NCBI GenBank assembly: GCA_044344255.1
Contig: JBIJDH010000004.1
Location: forward strand, 288,001 to 352,000
Length of the DNA stretch: 64,000 nt
Direction: 5' to 3'
From: Myxococcota bacterium
Lineage (GTDB): Bacteria > Myxococcota_A > UBA796 > UBA2385
In this document: piece after piece, positions 9,089 through 19,200 of the stretch
How positions within the stretch are numbered: the first letter of the stretch is position 1
Layout: every line of letters starts with the position of its first letter
The notes under the pieces: model-generated
Databases searched by the model: none
Seen by the model: the letters and a program-made list of their open reading frames with translations, nothing else
Told to the model about the DNA's origin: nothing
Position numbers and translations under genes: made by a program

Positions 9089-10515
9089 GCGAGGAGCTCC
9101 GGGAGGTCGTCGGTGGTCTCTCCGCCGTTGAAGCCGAAGGACTCCGTCTCGAGCCCGATGGCCCGCAGGATCGTGAGGTGGGCGCTGCTCAAATTGCCGC
9201 CCACCTCTCGGACGTGCACCCCCGGGTTCAAGGCGCCGTTTGCGCCGCCGGCGAGCACGATCGGCATCTCGGCCACCGAGTGCTGATAGCCCTCTCCGTA
9301 CTCGGAGCACCCGTAGACGAGGGCGCGGTCGAGGATGCTGCGGCCCGTCGGATCGACGGCGGCCGAGAGGTGATCGAGGAAGGCGGCGAAGCAGCTCATC
9401 TGCAAGGAGGTGACCGCGTAGACAGACTCCCACTCGCCGTTGTGACAGACGGTGTGCATGTCGGAGACGACGCCGAGCTCGCTGAAGACGTGGGTGGTCG
9501 CGGGGGACGTCAACATGAAGCTGAAGCTGCGGGTGATGTTGCAGGCCAGACCGAGGGAGAGGAGCTCGGCCAGGGTGTTCGTCTGGGTGTACAGATCTCC
9601 GCTGCTCGTGGGGAGCGGAGGGCTGCCGCACTCGATGTCGCCGAGATCGAGGCGGCGCTGCACCTCATAGAGGTGCTCGAGGTGGTCGTCGAGGCGCTGC
9701 TGGTCTTCGCTCCCGAGGCGACCGCGGAGATCGGCGGCGTCCTCGAGCACGGCGTCGAGCAGCCGGGCCCGGCGGCCGGACTCGGCGTCGCCAGTGGGCT
9801 GCCCGAAGAGGAGCTCGTAGAGGCGGCTCGGATCGGTGACCGGCGCGATGGGGGCATCAGGCCCGCTGTAGCTGATCGCGTTCCAGTGCCCGTAATCATG
9901 GAAGCGGGCGGTGCTGACCCCGAGGACGAGGCTCCGATAGGGGCTCGGATACGTGGCGTAGAACCGAGGGTCCTCGGCGACGACCTGTTCCAGCGTGGGG
10001 CGGAGGCAGGTGAGCGTGTGGCTCGGGTGGTCGAAGCCCTCGCTGCGGGGCCGGTCCGAGGTGAGCGAGACCATGAAGCCCCGCATGTGGCCGTCGCTCT
10101 GACCGTCCGGCTCGGTCGGGATCTCCGTCCATGGGGTGAGCCCGCTGATCACGCTCACGCGGTGGGGGCTGAGCGGGCTCAGCAGGGGCGTGTAGGCGAA
10201 GTCGGGGCCGGTGGTCGTGGGGGTCCAGTAATCCGCGCCGGCCGCCTGAAGCGATCCGTGACCGGCGTGCCAGGGGGCGCCTCCGCCCCAGAAGAAGACC
10301 CCGAAGATCGGCCCCAGCGCCGCCTCATCGGCGCGGGCGCGCCCGGTGAGCATGGCGTCGAGGGTGGGGAGGGCGAGGGCGACGGGCGCGCCGCGCACGA
10401 GGCCCCGCAGCACGGCGCGGCGGGAGAGTGAGGCCGCCCCGATACGAGGGCGCGTCCAGCCGGAGAGGTCCCAGAGGGGGCTCCGGGAGGGCAGCTTGGG
10501 CCGATCGTGGCTCAT
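9085..10515 (-). CDS. DUF1552-family protein with a Tat-like signal
   Basis: LSRRAVLRG...LALPTLDAM; LDAVLEDAADL..RLGSEDQQRLDDHL; typical position after a DUF1592 gene. Confidence 0.88.
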   Translation of the reverse strand: MSHDRPKLPSRSPLWDLSGWTRPRIGAASLSRRAVLRGLVRGAPVALALPTLDAMLTGRARADEAALGPIFGVFFWGGGAPWHAGHGSLQAAGADYWTPTTTGPDFAYTPLLSPLSPHRVSVISGLTPWTEIPTEPDGQSDGHMRGFMVSLTSDRPRSEGFDHPSHTLTCLRPTLEQVVAEDPRFYATYPSPYRSLVLGVSTARFHDYGHWNAISYSGPDAPIAPVTDPSRLYELLFGQPTGDAESGRRARLLDAVLEDAADLRGRLGSEDQQRLDDHLEHLYEVQRRLDLGDIECGSPPLPTSSGDLYTQTNTLAELLSLGLACNITRSFSFMLTSPATTHVFSELGVVSDMHTVCHNGEWESVYAVTSLQMSCFAAFLDHLSAAVDPTGRSILDRALVYGCSEYGEGYQHSVAEMPIVLAGGANGALNPGVHVREVGGNLSSAHLTILRAIGLETESFGFNGGETTDDLPELLA

Positions 10516-12188
10516 GGGGTCCCTCCAGCGGCGGTCTCGGCGCCTCCGGCCGGCTCGGCGCCTCCGGTGTTGGGGGCGGCGATGACGCGGAAGGTGGGGT
10601 GGGTCACGAGGCGGACGACGAGCGAGAGGTAGCGGTGATCGTCGGCCGCGAAGCTATCGGAGAGCTCGGCGAGGGTGGCCTCGTCGGCCTCGGTGTCGAG
10701 GCGGCCGTGGGCGTGGCGGAAGAGCTGGCGGACCATGCAGGGGCCGACCCGGTCGTCGGTGGCGAGGAGGTCGCCGAGGGCGCCGGCGTCGGCCAGGGGC
10801 ACTCCCATGAGGTCCCCGGAGGCGTCAATCGGCTGCCCGGCGTCCTGGTCGCGCCAGGCGCCGATGGCGTCGAAGTGCTCGAAGAGGTAGCCCGGCGGAT
10901 CGGTGAGGCTGTGGCAGCCCGAGCAGGCCGGATCTTCGCGGTGCTGTTCGAGGCGTTCGCGGAGGGTGACGGCGCCTTCGTCCTCGTCATCGAGCTCGGT
11001 GGCGACGTCGGGCGGCGGCGGCGGCACCGTGGTGCAGAGCACGCGCTCCAGCACGTACTTCCCGCGCAAGGTCGGTGAGGTGGAGACGGCGTGGGCGTTC
11101 ATCGTGAGGAAGGCGCCCAGGCCGAGGATGCCGACCCGCTGCCCGTCGGCGGGGAGCTCGACGGGGACGAAGGCCACCGCGGAGGCGCCGGGCGCCGTGA
11201 CCCCGTAGTGGGCCGCCAGCTCACTGTTCACGAAGGCCCGTCGCTCGCTCCACAGCCCGCGGATGTCGGCGGGCTGTCGCCAGATGAGGTCATCGACCAG
11301 CAGGAGGACCTCCGAGCGCATCGCCGAGCGGAGGGTGGGGGTGAAGGTGGGGAAGGTGGCCGGATCGGGGGCGGCGCGGTCGAGGCGGGCGAGGTCGAGG
11401 TACTGCTCGAAGAAGGCCTCTGTGGCCTCTCGGGCCCGCTCGTCGGCGAGGAGGCGGGTGGCCTGGGCCTCGAGGCCCTCCGGCGTGGAGAGGAGGCCGG
11501 CGGCGGCGGCGTCTTGGAGCTGGCGGTCCGGCGGGGCCTCCCAGAGCAGGAAGCTCAGCCGCGCGGCGAGCTCCCAGTCGGTGAGCACGCGGAGGCTCGG
11601 GTCTGTGGGATGCGGGGTGCCGATCTCGGTCCGATAGACCACCCAGGGGGACTGGAGCATGCCGCTCGTGGCGGAGCGGAGGCCGCGCCAGACGTCGCCC
11701 TCGGAGAGGGTGTCGGTGACCGAGCGCCAACGGGCGGCCTCGATCTCGGTGAGGGGGCGGCGGTAGGCCCGCCGCCCGAAGTCTTCGAGGAAGGCGGCGA
11801 CGCAGGGGTCAGCGGCGGTGGTGGGAGCGCAGCCGACGAGGGCCTCCCGGCGAGCAGGGTCACTGAAGACCTCGGCGGTGACCGCGTCGGCGGCCTCCTC
11901 GAGGAGCTGCACCCCGGACTCGGAGAGGGCCTCGGTCGAGGCGCCGATGCTGGCGAAGAGGTAGGGGTAGGTGTCCTCCTGCAGGCTCACCGGCGCGGTC
12001 TCCCCGAAGAGCTCCAGCAACAGGGCCCGGTATTGGCGGGTGGTCAAGCGCGCGAAGGGGGCCTCGGCGTAGGTGATCTCTCGCGCCTCGGTGGAGGGCT
12101 CGCTCGACCCCCCCTCAAAGCCGGGGGAGCAGGCCGAGAGCGAGGCCTGGGCGGAGAGCAGCAGCGGGACGCAGGCGCGGGGGGACAA
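10512..12188 (-). CDS. DUF1592/DUF1588/DUF1595-domain lipoprotein with one CxxCH
   Basis: RLTTRQY, FGRRAYRRPL, ELAARLSFLLW..PPD, TSPTLRGKYVL, CSGCH..DPPG..FEHFDAIG. Confidence 0.9.
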   Translation of the reverse strand: MSPRACVPLLLSAQASLSACSPGFEGGSSEPSTEAREITYAEAPFARLTTRQYRALLLELFGETAPVSLQEDTYPYLFASIGASTEALSESGVQLLEEAADAVTAEVFSDPARREALVGCAPTTAADPCVAAFLEDFGRRAYRRPLTEIEAARWRSVTDTLSEGDVWRGLRSATSGMLQSPWVVYRTEIGTPHPTDPSLRVLTDWELAARLSFLLWEAPPDRQLQDAAAAGLLSTPEGLEAQATRLLADERAREATEAFFEQYLDLARLDRAAPDPATFPTFTPTLRSAMRSEVLLLVDDLIWRQPADIRGLWSERRAFVNSELAAHYGVTAPGASAVAFVPVELPADGQRVGILGLGAFLTMNAHAVSTSPTLRGKYVLERVLCTTVPPPPPDVATELDDEDEGAVTLRERLEQHREDPACSGCHSLTDPPGYLFEHFDAIGAWRDQDAGQPIDASGDLMGVPLADAGALGDLLATDDRVGPCMVRQLFRHAHGRLDTEADEATLAELSDSFAADDHRYLSLVVRLVTHPTFRVIAAPNTGGAEPAGGAETAAGGTP

Positions 12189-12230
12189 GCGACCTCCGGG
12201 GCGGCGTCTACCGCAGCCCGGCCCATCGTA

Positions 12231-14828
12231 TCACCCTCGGGGCGGGAGGGAGCGACAGAGGCGGAGGCCACGGAAGGGGGAGCGCACCGAGGGGGCGTTG
12301 GCGTCGCGATGAGAGAGGACCGCGGCGCGGGGGCTGTCCGCCCAGGAGCCACCCCGGTCGGACCGCATGCCCTCGCCACCGCCGCCCTCGCCGCCGGGGT
12401 CAGGGCCGATGCGGTCGCCGATGAGGGGAGGACCCTCCGGGCGAAAGAGGTTCTCGCACCAGTCTCGCATCCCGCCTGCCATGTCGTTCACGCCATAGGG
12501 GCTCTCGTCTACCGGGTAGCTGCCGACGGCGCGTGGACCGATCGGCGCCGGCGGGCTCGACCGGAGCCGGGCCCAGGTGGCGTCGAAGAAGCCTCCCCAG
12601 GGATAGACCCGGCCGTCTACCCCGCGGGCGGCCTTCTCCCACTCGAGCTCGTGCGGGAGGCGCCACGGGAGCCCGTCGCGCTGCGCCCGCCAGTCGGCAT
12701 AGGCCCTGGCTCCCTCCCAGTCGATCATCATCACGGCCCAGTCGAGCTCCCAGACGTCGCCGTCGGCGTCCGGCCGCACGACGAAGTGCCCCGCCGCGTC
12801 TCGGCCATAGATGAGGGCGCCTTGGTCGCCCACGGTGCCTCCCCGCTCGCGGGGGGCGTGTCGAAGGGCCTCCGCCTCGGCGCCCTGGTCGACCCGCTCG
12901 TCCAGAAATTGGATGAATTCTCGATTGGTGACCGAGCAGCGCTGGAAGACGAGCCCGTCTATCCACAGGCGGCGGGTGGACAGGGCCTGATCGGAGGGGG
13001 TCCGGCTGCCCGACCAGAACCAGCCGGCCGGCACGTAGACGTCGTTCGGACCGAGGCTGCCCGCGGGCATCAGGGGGATCGGCTGGGGCGCAACCTGCCC
13101 GGGGGGCGCGCCCGTCCAGCGCTCTCCGCGCCCAATCGAGAGGGGGTACCGCAGGGGGTGAAAGCCCGGGGCGGCCACATCTACGCGGTAGCTCCCGCGC
13201 GGGAGGGGGCGGTCGAGGATCGGCGTGGGGCCGAGCGCGGCGACGTAGACCGGCTGCAGGCGGCGGTCGATCGTCTCGTACCGATAGAGCGTCGCCTCGG
13301 CGCCGGGCGGCGACGTGACCAACGAAAAGGCGCCCCCCCCCTCCAGCCACTCGGTCCAGGCGCCGGTGTCATGCGCGCGGAGCAGGGCCTCGGCGCGGGC
13401 GGCGGCGGAGGTGTCCCCCCGAGCCTCCGCCTGGGCGCAGGCCTCGGCGTAGAGCTCGGCCAGGGCACGGTGGGCCTCGTCGAGCTCCGGGACGAGGTTG
13501 AGGGCCGCGCCGAGCGTCTCCTGAGCCCCCACGAGGGCGAGCTCCGCCTCGAGCTCGGCGGCGGCGGCCTGGTCCTCCAGCTCCCAGGCGGGGCGCTTCT
13601 CGGACACGGCGGCCGCTGCGCTCACCTGGCTCAGCGTCCGCGCGGCCTCTCGGCGGCTCTCAGCGGCAGCGGCGCGGCGCTCGACGATGGTGGGCCACGT
13701 GGCGCGGGCCTGCGCGACCAGCTCCAGGGCCTGATCCCGCTTGCGGGCGCCCTCGAGCCAGGCGGAGAGCTCGGCCGAGAAGGCGCCGGCCTGCGGCGGG
13801 CGATCGGCGGGGTCCTCCGACATCGCGGCGAGCACCAGCGCGCGCAGCTCCGCGGGGACACGGCGGCTCCAGGGGCGGCGGTCGAGGTGGCGGGCGAGGG
13901 TGGCGGGCTCGCGGTCGCGCGGGCGGGGCGCGACGCCGAGCAGGATCTCGAAGAGGATGGCGCCGAGCGAGAAGACATCGGCGGTGGGGCCGATCCGGAC
14001 GCCAGCGTGGGCCTGCTCCGGGGCCATGTAAGCGGGGGTGCCGGCGACCAGCCCGCCGTCTCCCTTCTCGATCGACCGGGCGAGCCCCCAGTCGGCGACC
14101 AGCACCTCACCGAAGGCCCCGCAGAGGATGTTGGCCGGCTTGAGATCACGATGAATGACCTTGCGGGCGTGGGCATAGGCCACGGCCTCGGCGGAGTCTC
14201 TCAGGGCGGCGACGAGGCGGCGAAAGGTCCAGCCGTTGGCGGTGCTCTCCCAGCGATCCCCTGGAGAGGCCTCGTGCACCGCTCGGATGAGCTCTCCGAG
14301 GGGCTGGCCCCGCATCTCCTTCATGGTGTAATAGGGCCGCCCGTCGGGCAGCTCCCCGAGCTCGTGTACGGGGGCGATGCCGGGGTGATCGAGGCGGGCC
14401 GTGATGCGCGCCTCTTCCTGAAAGCGAGCCTTTGCCGCGGCGTTACCCATCAGCTCTCTGCGGATGGCCTTGAGGGCGACCGTCCGCCCGAGGCTGCGGT
14501 CATAGACCCGCCGCACCTCGCCCATCCCCCCCTGTCCGAGCAGGCCGCGCTCTTCGTAGCGCCCCTCGTGCTCCTCGGTGGGGTCGTCGGGGTCGTCGGA
14601 CCAGGTGCGGACGGGGGTGAGGGTGGCGGTCGAGAAGGCGCTGTCGACCTGGGCCACAGAGGGGGCGCCCGCGTTGGAGGCCGGCTCGTGCGACAGGAAG
14701 CTCGCGGCCGTGTTGGCGCCGCGCGTCTCCGGGCCGAGCACCTCTTGGAGGAGCCGCTGCAGGGCCTCCTGCTGGTCACTCGACAGGGACAGCCCGTCGA
14801 GGTGCCGTTGGATGAGCGCGTCCCACAT
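12231..14828 (-). CDS. Hanks-type Ser/Thr kinase fused to an FGE-sulfatase (SUMF1-like) domain
   Basis: LGQGGMGEV, VALK, IHRDLKPAN, DWG, GTPAYMAPE; C-terminal RLPHELEWEKAARG..YPWG and SPYGVNDMAG. Confidence 0.93.
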   Translation of the reverse strand: MWDALIQRHLDGLSLSSDQQEALQRLLQEVLGPETRGANTAASFLSHEPASNAGAPSVAQVDSAFSTATLTPVRTWSDDPDDPTEEHEGRYEERGLLGQGGMGEVRRVYDRSLGRTVALKAIRRELMGNAAAKARFQEEARITARLDHPGIAPVHELGELPDGRPYYTMKEMRGQPLGELIRAVHEASPGDRWESTANGWTFRRLVAALRDSAEAVAYAHARKVIHRDLKPANILCGAFGEVLVADWGLARSIEKGDGGLVAGTPAYMAPEQAHAGVRIGPTADVFSLGAILFEILLGVAPRPRDREPATLARHLDRRPWSRRVPAELRALVLAAMSEDPADRPPQAGAFSAELSAWLEGARKRDQALELVAQARATWPTIVERRAAAAESRREAARTLSQVSAAAAVSEKRPAWELEDQAAAAELEAELALVGAQETLGAALNLVPELDEAHRALAELYAEACAQAEARGDTSAAARAEALLRAHDTGAWTEWLEGGGAFSLVTSPPGAEATLYRYETIDRRLQPVYVAALGPTPILDRPLPRGSYRVDVAAPGFHPLRYPLSIGRGERWTGAPPGQVAPQPIPLMPAGSLGPNDVYVPAGWFWSGSRTPSDQALSTRRLWIDGLVFQRCSVTNREFIQFLDERVDQGAEAEALRHAPRERGGTVGDQGALIYGRDAAGHFVVRPDADGDVWELDWAVMMIDWEGARAYADWRAQRDGLPWRLPHELEWEKAARGVDGRVYPWGGFFDATWARLRSSPPAPIGPRAVGSYPVDESPYGVNDMAGGMRDWCENLFRPEGPPLIGDRIGPDPGGEGGGGEGMRSDRGGSWADSPRAAVLSHRDANAPSVRSPFRGLRLCRSLPPRG

Positions 14829-14834
14829 CCGCGG

Positions 14835-15545
14835 TCAGTGTTCCTGTGGGGCCGCGGCGCGCCGACCGCGGAGGTCGTCGGCCACCTCTCTCAGGCGCGC
14901 AGAGGCCGCGCGGACCTCGGCCTCCAGCTCGGGATCGGACAGACCCGCGCGGAGGACCTCGGGCAGGCGCTCGAGCGTGTCTCCGGCGTCGCCCCAGCCT
15001 TGCTCTCGCAGCACCGTGGCCAGGCGCTCCAAGCGGCCCTGCAGCACCTCCTGGCCCGGCTGCTCGGCGTTTACCATGGCCTTCATGTCGGCCAGCAGAG
15101 CCGAGAAGGCGCGCTGGAGGCCGTCCTTCACGGCGGAGGGGTCTTCCCGGAGCTGCTCGGGGCTGATGCCCAGCGCCTCGGCGATGAGGTCGGCCTGGGC
15201 GGGCCCGGCGGCGGCCTCGGCGACCCCGTCTGCCACCCGCTGTTGGGTCTTGCCGACCTCCTCGAGCACGGACTTCGCCCCACGCAGCGCTCGGCCGATG
15301 TTGGCGGAGAAGGCCCGGATGTGACGGGCGGCGATCTCCTTGGCCTCTTCTTCGGTCACCTCCCAGACCGCGGCGACCACGCCGTCTACCTGGCGCTCCT
15401 TGCCGGCGAGGCTGCGGAGGACCAGCTTGCCGGGCAGGATGTGGGCGTCATCGGGGATGAAGAAGAAGCGGGTGGCCGGATCGGTGGCGTAGAGCGTCGA
15501 GGTCGAAGCGGCTGAGACAGCGGAGGTGGGCCGGGTGGTGGTCAT
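14835..15545 (-). CDS. Hypothetical helical protein
   Basis: Natural amino-acid composition; ends 6 nt before the kinase start. Confidence 0.7.
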   Translation of the reverse strand: MTTTRPTSAVSAASTSTLYATDPATRFFFIPDDAHILPGKLVLRSLAGKERQVDGVVAAVWEVTEEEAKEIAARHIRAFSANIGRALRGAKSVLEEVGKTQQRVADGVAEAAAGPAQADLIAEALGISPEQLREDPSAVKDGLQRAFSALLADMKAMVNAEQPGQEVLQGRLERLATVLREQGWGDAGDTLERLPEVLRAGLSDPELEAEVRAASARLREVADDLRGRRAAAPQEH

Positions 15546-15614
15546 GGCGGAGAGCGTAGCCCGGCGGCGGAGGATCGTCCTGGTGAGCCTCCTCAGTCGC
15601 GGCCAAAGGGCCAG

Positions 15615-16244
15615 TCACTCGGCCTGTCCCGGCTGCGCCCAACGCTCGGCGAGGCGGGCCCACTCGCCCCGCGGCACCTCCCGCCGTATCGCCAGGGCGT
15701 TCGCGAGGCGGTGCTTGCCCAGCTCATCCGGCTCAACCCCGTCGAGGAGGCCGAGCAGCACGCGGTTCATGCCTCCATGGGCCACGAGCAGGGTGAGGGG
15801 GACCTCCGGCAGAGCCGCCAGCAGCGGGAGGGCGCGGCGGGCGAGGTCGGCGTGGGACTCTCCCCCCGGCGGCCGACCGTCCCAGGACAGCATCGCGTCC
15901 AGGCGCCCGTCGCCGCGGAGCACGGCGATAGGCTGACCTTGATATTCGCCCATTCGCCGCTCCCGCAGGGCGGACAGGATGAGCACCGGAGGGTCTCGCT
16001 CGGGCTCGAGCGTAGGCGAGCGCGCGGCCTCCAAGAGGAGCTCGGCCGTTCGCCGCGCCCGTTGGAGGTCGCTGCTCAGCACCCGATGGATGGGGGCTCC
16101 CATGAGGGCGGCGCCGGCGAGCCTCGCCTGGCGCTCACCCTCCGAGGTCAGGGCGACGTCCTCCCAGCCGGAGAGGACGCCGGCCGCGTTGGCCGTGCTC
16201 TCTCCGTGCCGGATGAAGATCCACCCTGTGCCGCTGTGGGTCAC
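15615..16244 (-). CDS. Histidine phosphatase (phosphoglycerate mutase family)
   Basis: RHGES, SSDLQRARRTA, LRER.MG, VAHGG. Confidence 0.92.
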   Translation of the reverse strand: MTHSGTGWIFIRHGESTANAAGVLSGWEDVALTSEGERQARLAGAALMGAPIHRVLSSDLQRARRTAELLLEAARSPTLEPERDPPVLILSALRERRMGEYQGQPIAVLRGDGRLDAMLSWDGRPPGGESHADLARRALPLLAALPEVPLTLLVAHGGMNRVLLGLLDGVEPDELGKHRLANALAIRREVPRGEWARLAERWAQPGQAE

Positions 16245-16253
16245 CCGGCTGGC

Positions 16254-19200
16254 TCAGCGCCCGAGGCGGCCGATCCAAGCGCGGATGCGCTCGTCGGCCA
16301 CGAGGAGGGCGGCGAGCTCCGGCTGGTCACCGAGGATCTGCCCGACCAGCTCCTGCAGGCTGGCGAGCTCGACCCGAGCGAGGCGCGCCGAGAAGGCGTC
16401 CACGCCCAGCTTGGCCTCTTCGGTCACCGGCAGGGCCGAGACCAGCTCCCGCACGAGGCGGATGTAGCGGTTGCGGACGATGCCGATGGCGACGGGATCC
16501 CAGGCGCTCTGGGCCGGGCGGGCCTCCAGGGAGCGGACCGTGGACAGGAGGCGGCTGGCCTCCCCGGCGGCGAGGTAGCTCGTCAGGACGGCGTCGACGT
16601 CGCCCGGGCCAGCCAGCAGCGCCACTTCGCGGGCCACGGCGACTTCACCCAGCAGGGCGACCTTCTGGGCGAGGGCCAGCGGGATCTCCTTGCTCGTGAG
16701 CGCCTCGACGCGGGCGAGGATGCGGGCCTCGTGCACCGTGCCGCGGGTGTTGCCGATGGCGCGGAGGGCGGCCTGGATGCCTGCCTTGCTCTCCTTCTCG
16801 GGGCCGGGCTCGCCTGCGCTGAGCCAGATGCTCACGAGGCTCTGGACCGCGTCGGTGACGCCCACCCAAGCGTGGTAGCGGCCGATCGGGCTGCTGGGGC
16901 TGGCCTCGATCTCCGCGCGGATGCCCCAGGCGTCGACGAGGGTCATGGCGTGCGACCAGGCGGTCGCGACGGCCACGGGGCTCGCGCCTGTGAGCTCGAG
17001 CAGCAGCGGCAAGAAGACCGCGCCGGCCTCGTTGACCACCTCGTTGCACACCACGGTCATCGCGATCGACTGGTGCAGCATGTGCGTCGGCACGTCGGCG
17101 GCGAAGTCGTTCTTGATGCGGTCCGGGAAGTAGTCCAGCACCTTCTGCTTGAAGCCGGGGATGCTGCTGCCGTCTGCGTCCTTGAGCTGCCGGAACAGGT
17201 GCATCTTGACGTGCGCCTGAATGACGGCGAGCTCGGGGCGGGACAGGCCGAGGTGGGCCGCGGCGCGCTTCTTGAGGTCGTCCTCGGAGGGCAGGCGGAG
17301 GAACTGAGCGGTCACGTTCCCGAGCTTGCAGATGAAGTCGATCGTGCGGGTCCAGGCGATGGGATCGCGCTGGCTGCGCACCTGATCGAGCGACAACAGG
17401 CGACCGTGGAGGTCGTTGTTGTGCAGCACGTCGGCGGCGACGTCCTCGGTGAGGCTCTCGATGAGCACGTTCCGCTCTTCGCGGGTCATGCGGCCGGCGG
17501 CGACCATCGGGTTGAGCAGGATCTTGAGGTTGACCTCGTGATCCGACATGTCGACGCCGCCCGAGTTGTCGATGGCGTCGGTGTTGAGGCGACCGCCGAG
17601 CATGGCGTACTCGTGGCGGCCCGCCTGCGTGAAGCCGAGGTTGCCACCCTCGCCCACGATCTTGCAGCGGAGCTCAGGCGCGTCGGCGCGGACCTCGTCG
17701 TTGGCGGGGTCACCGGCCTCCTGGTGGGTCTCGAAGGAGGCCTTCCAGTACGTGCCGATGCCGCCGTTCCACATCAGGTCGACGTCGAGGCGGAGGATGG
17801 CGCGGACGACGGCGTCCGAGGGGAGCTCGGTCGCGGTGGTGCCGAGCAGGGCCTGCAGCGCGGGGGAGAGCGGGATGCTCTTCGCCTTGCGGGAGAAGAT
17901 GCCACCGCCCGCTGAGATGATCGAGGTGTCGTAGGCCTCCCAGCCCTTCACCTCGCGGAACAGGCGGTTGCGCTCGGCGAAAGAGGCGGCGCAGTCCGGG
18001 TTGGGGTCGAGGAAGATGTGAAGGTGGTTGAAGGCCGCCACGAGCCGCATCTTCGGGTGGGCGATGACGCCGTTGCCGAACACGTCGCCCGAGGTGTCGC
18101 CGATGCCGGCGCAAGTGAACTCGGTGGTGTGCGGGTTGATGCCCATCTCGGCGAAGTGGCGGTGGACCGTCTCCCAGCCGCCGCGGGCCGTGATGCCCAC
18201 CACCTTGTGGTCGTAGCCGTTCGAGCCACCGGAGGCGAAGGCGTCGTCGAGCCAGAAGCCGTAGGACTGGCTGAGCCGATTGGCGGTGTCCGAGAGGTGC
18301 GCGGTGCCCTTGTCGGCGGCGACGACGAGGTAGGGGTCGGCGTCGTCGTGGCGGACCACGTTCGGGGGGCCGACCGGCGTGCCGGCGACGATGTTGTCGG
18401 TGACGTCGAGCAGACCGCGGATGAAGATCTGGTAGAGCTCATCGGCGCGGCGGCGCTTGTCGGCCGGGTTGACCGGGCTGTGCTTCATGAAGAAGCCGCC
18501 CTTGCTGCCTTCGGGCACGATGACGACGTTCTTGACCATCTGGGTGTTCACGAGGCCGAGCACCTCGCGGCGGAAGTCATCGCGGTCCGACCAGCGGATG
18601 CCACCGCGGGCCACCTTGCCGCCGCGGAGGTGGAGGCCCTCGACGTCGCGGTGGTGCACGTAGATCTCGAAGAGCATGCGGGGCGAGGGCATCTGCTTGA
18701 CCCGCGCGTGCTCGACCTTGAAGGAGATGTAGTGCTCGACCCTGTCCGTTCGGTAGAAGTTCGTCCGAATCGAGGAGTCGACCAGGTTGTAGAGGGTGCG
18801 GAAGATGACGTCCTGATCGTTGTCGCTCACCTCGCGGAGCGCGTCCTGGTAGGCCTCGTTCGCCTTCGCCATCTCGACGCTGCGGTCGCCTTCGAGGGCC
18901 GGGTTGAAGCGGGCCTGGAAGACCTCCCACAGCCGAGTGACCAGCTCGGCCTTGGAGAGCAAGAGCTCCTGGGCGCGGACGGCGGTGCAGGGGAGCCCGA
19001 GCTGGCGGGCATAGCCGAGGTAGGCCCGGAAGAGGTCCACCGCCTCCCAGGGGATGTTGGACCGCAGCAAGATTCGGTTCAGACCATCATCCACCATCTT
19101 CTTGGCGACGACCGCCTTGACACCCTCGATGAGGATCTGCTTGCGGTCGAGGATATCGGCGGACGAGAGGCCACTCACGCCGCGGAGGCGGAAGGTGTCA

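Noticed and set aside
11091..15515. 1474-aa plus-strand ORF, and similar long ORFs at 3582-6200, 15711-17915, 18018-20444 and 45773-48403
   Set aside because: Antisense shadows of well-supported minus-strand genes; stop codons are rare at this GC content and the translations show no motifs
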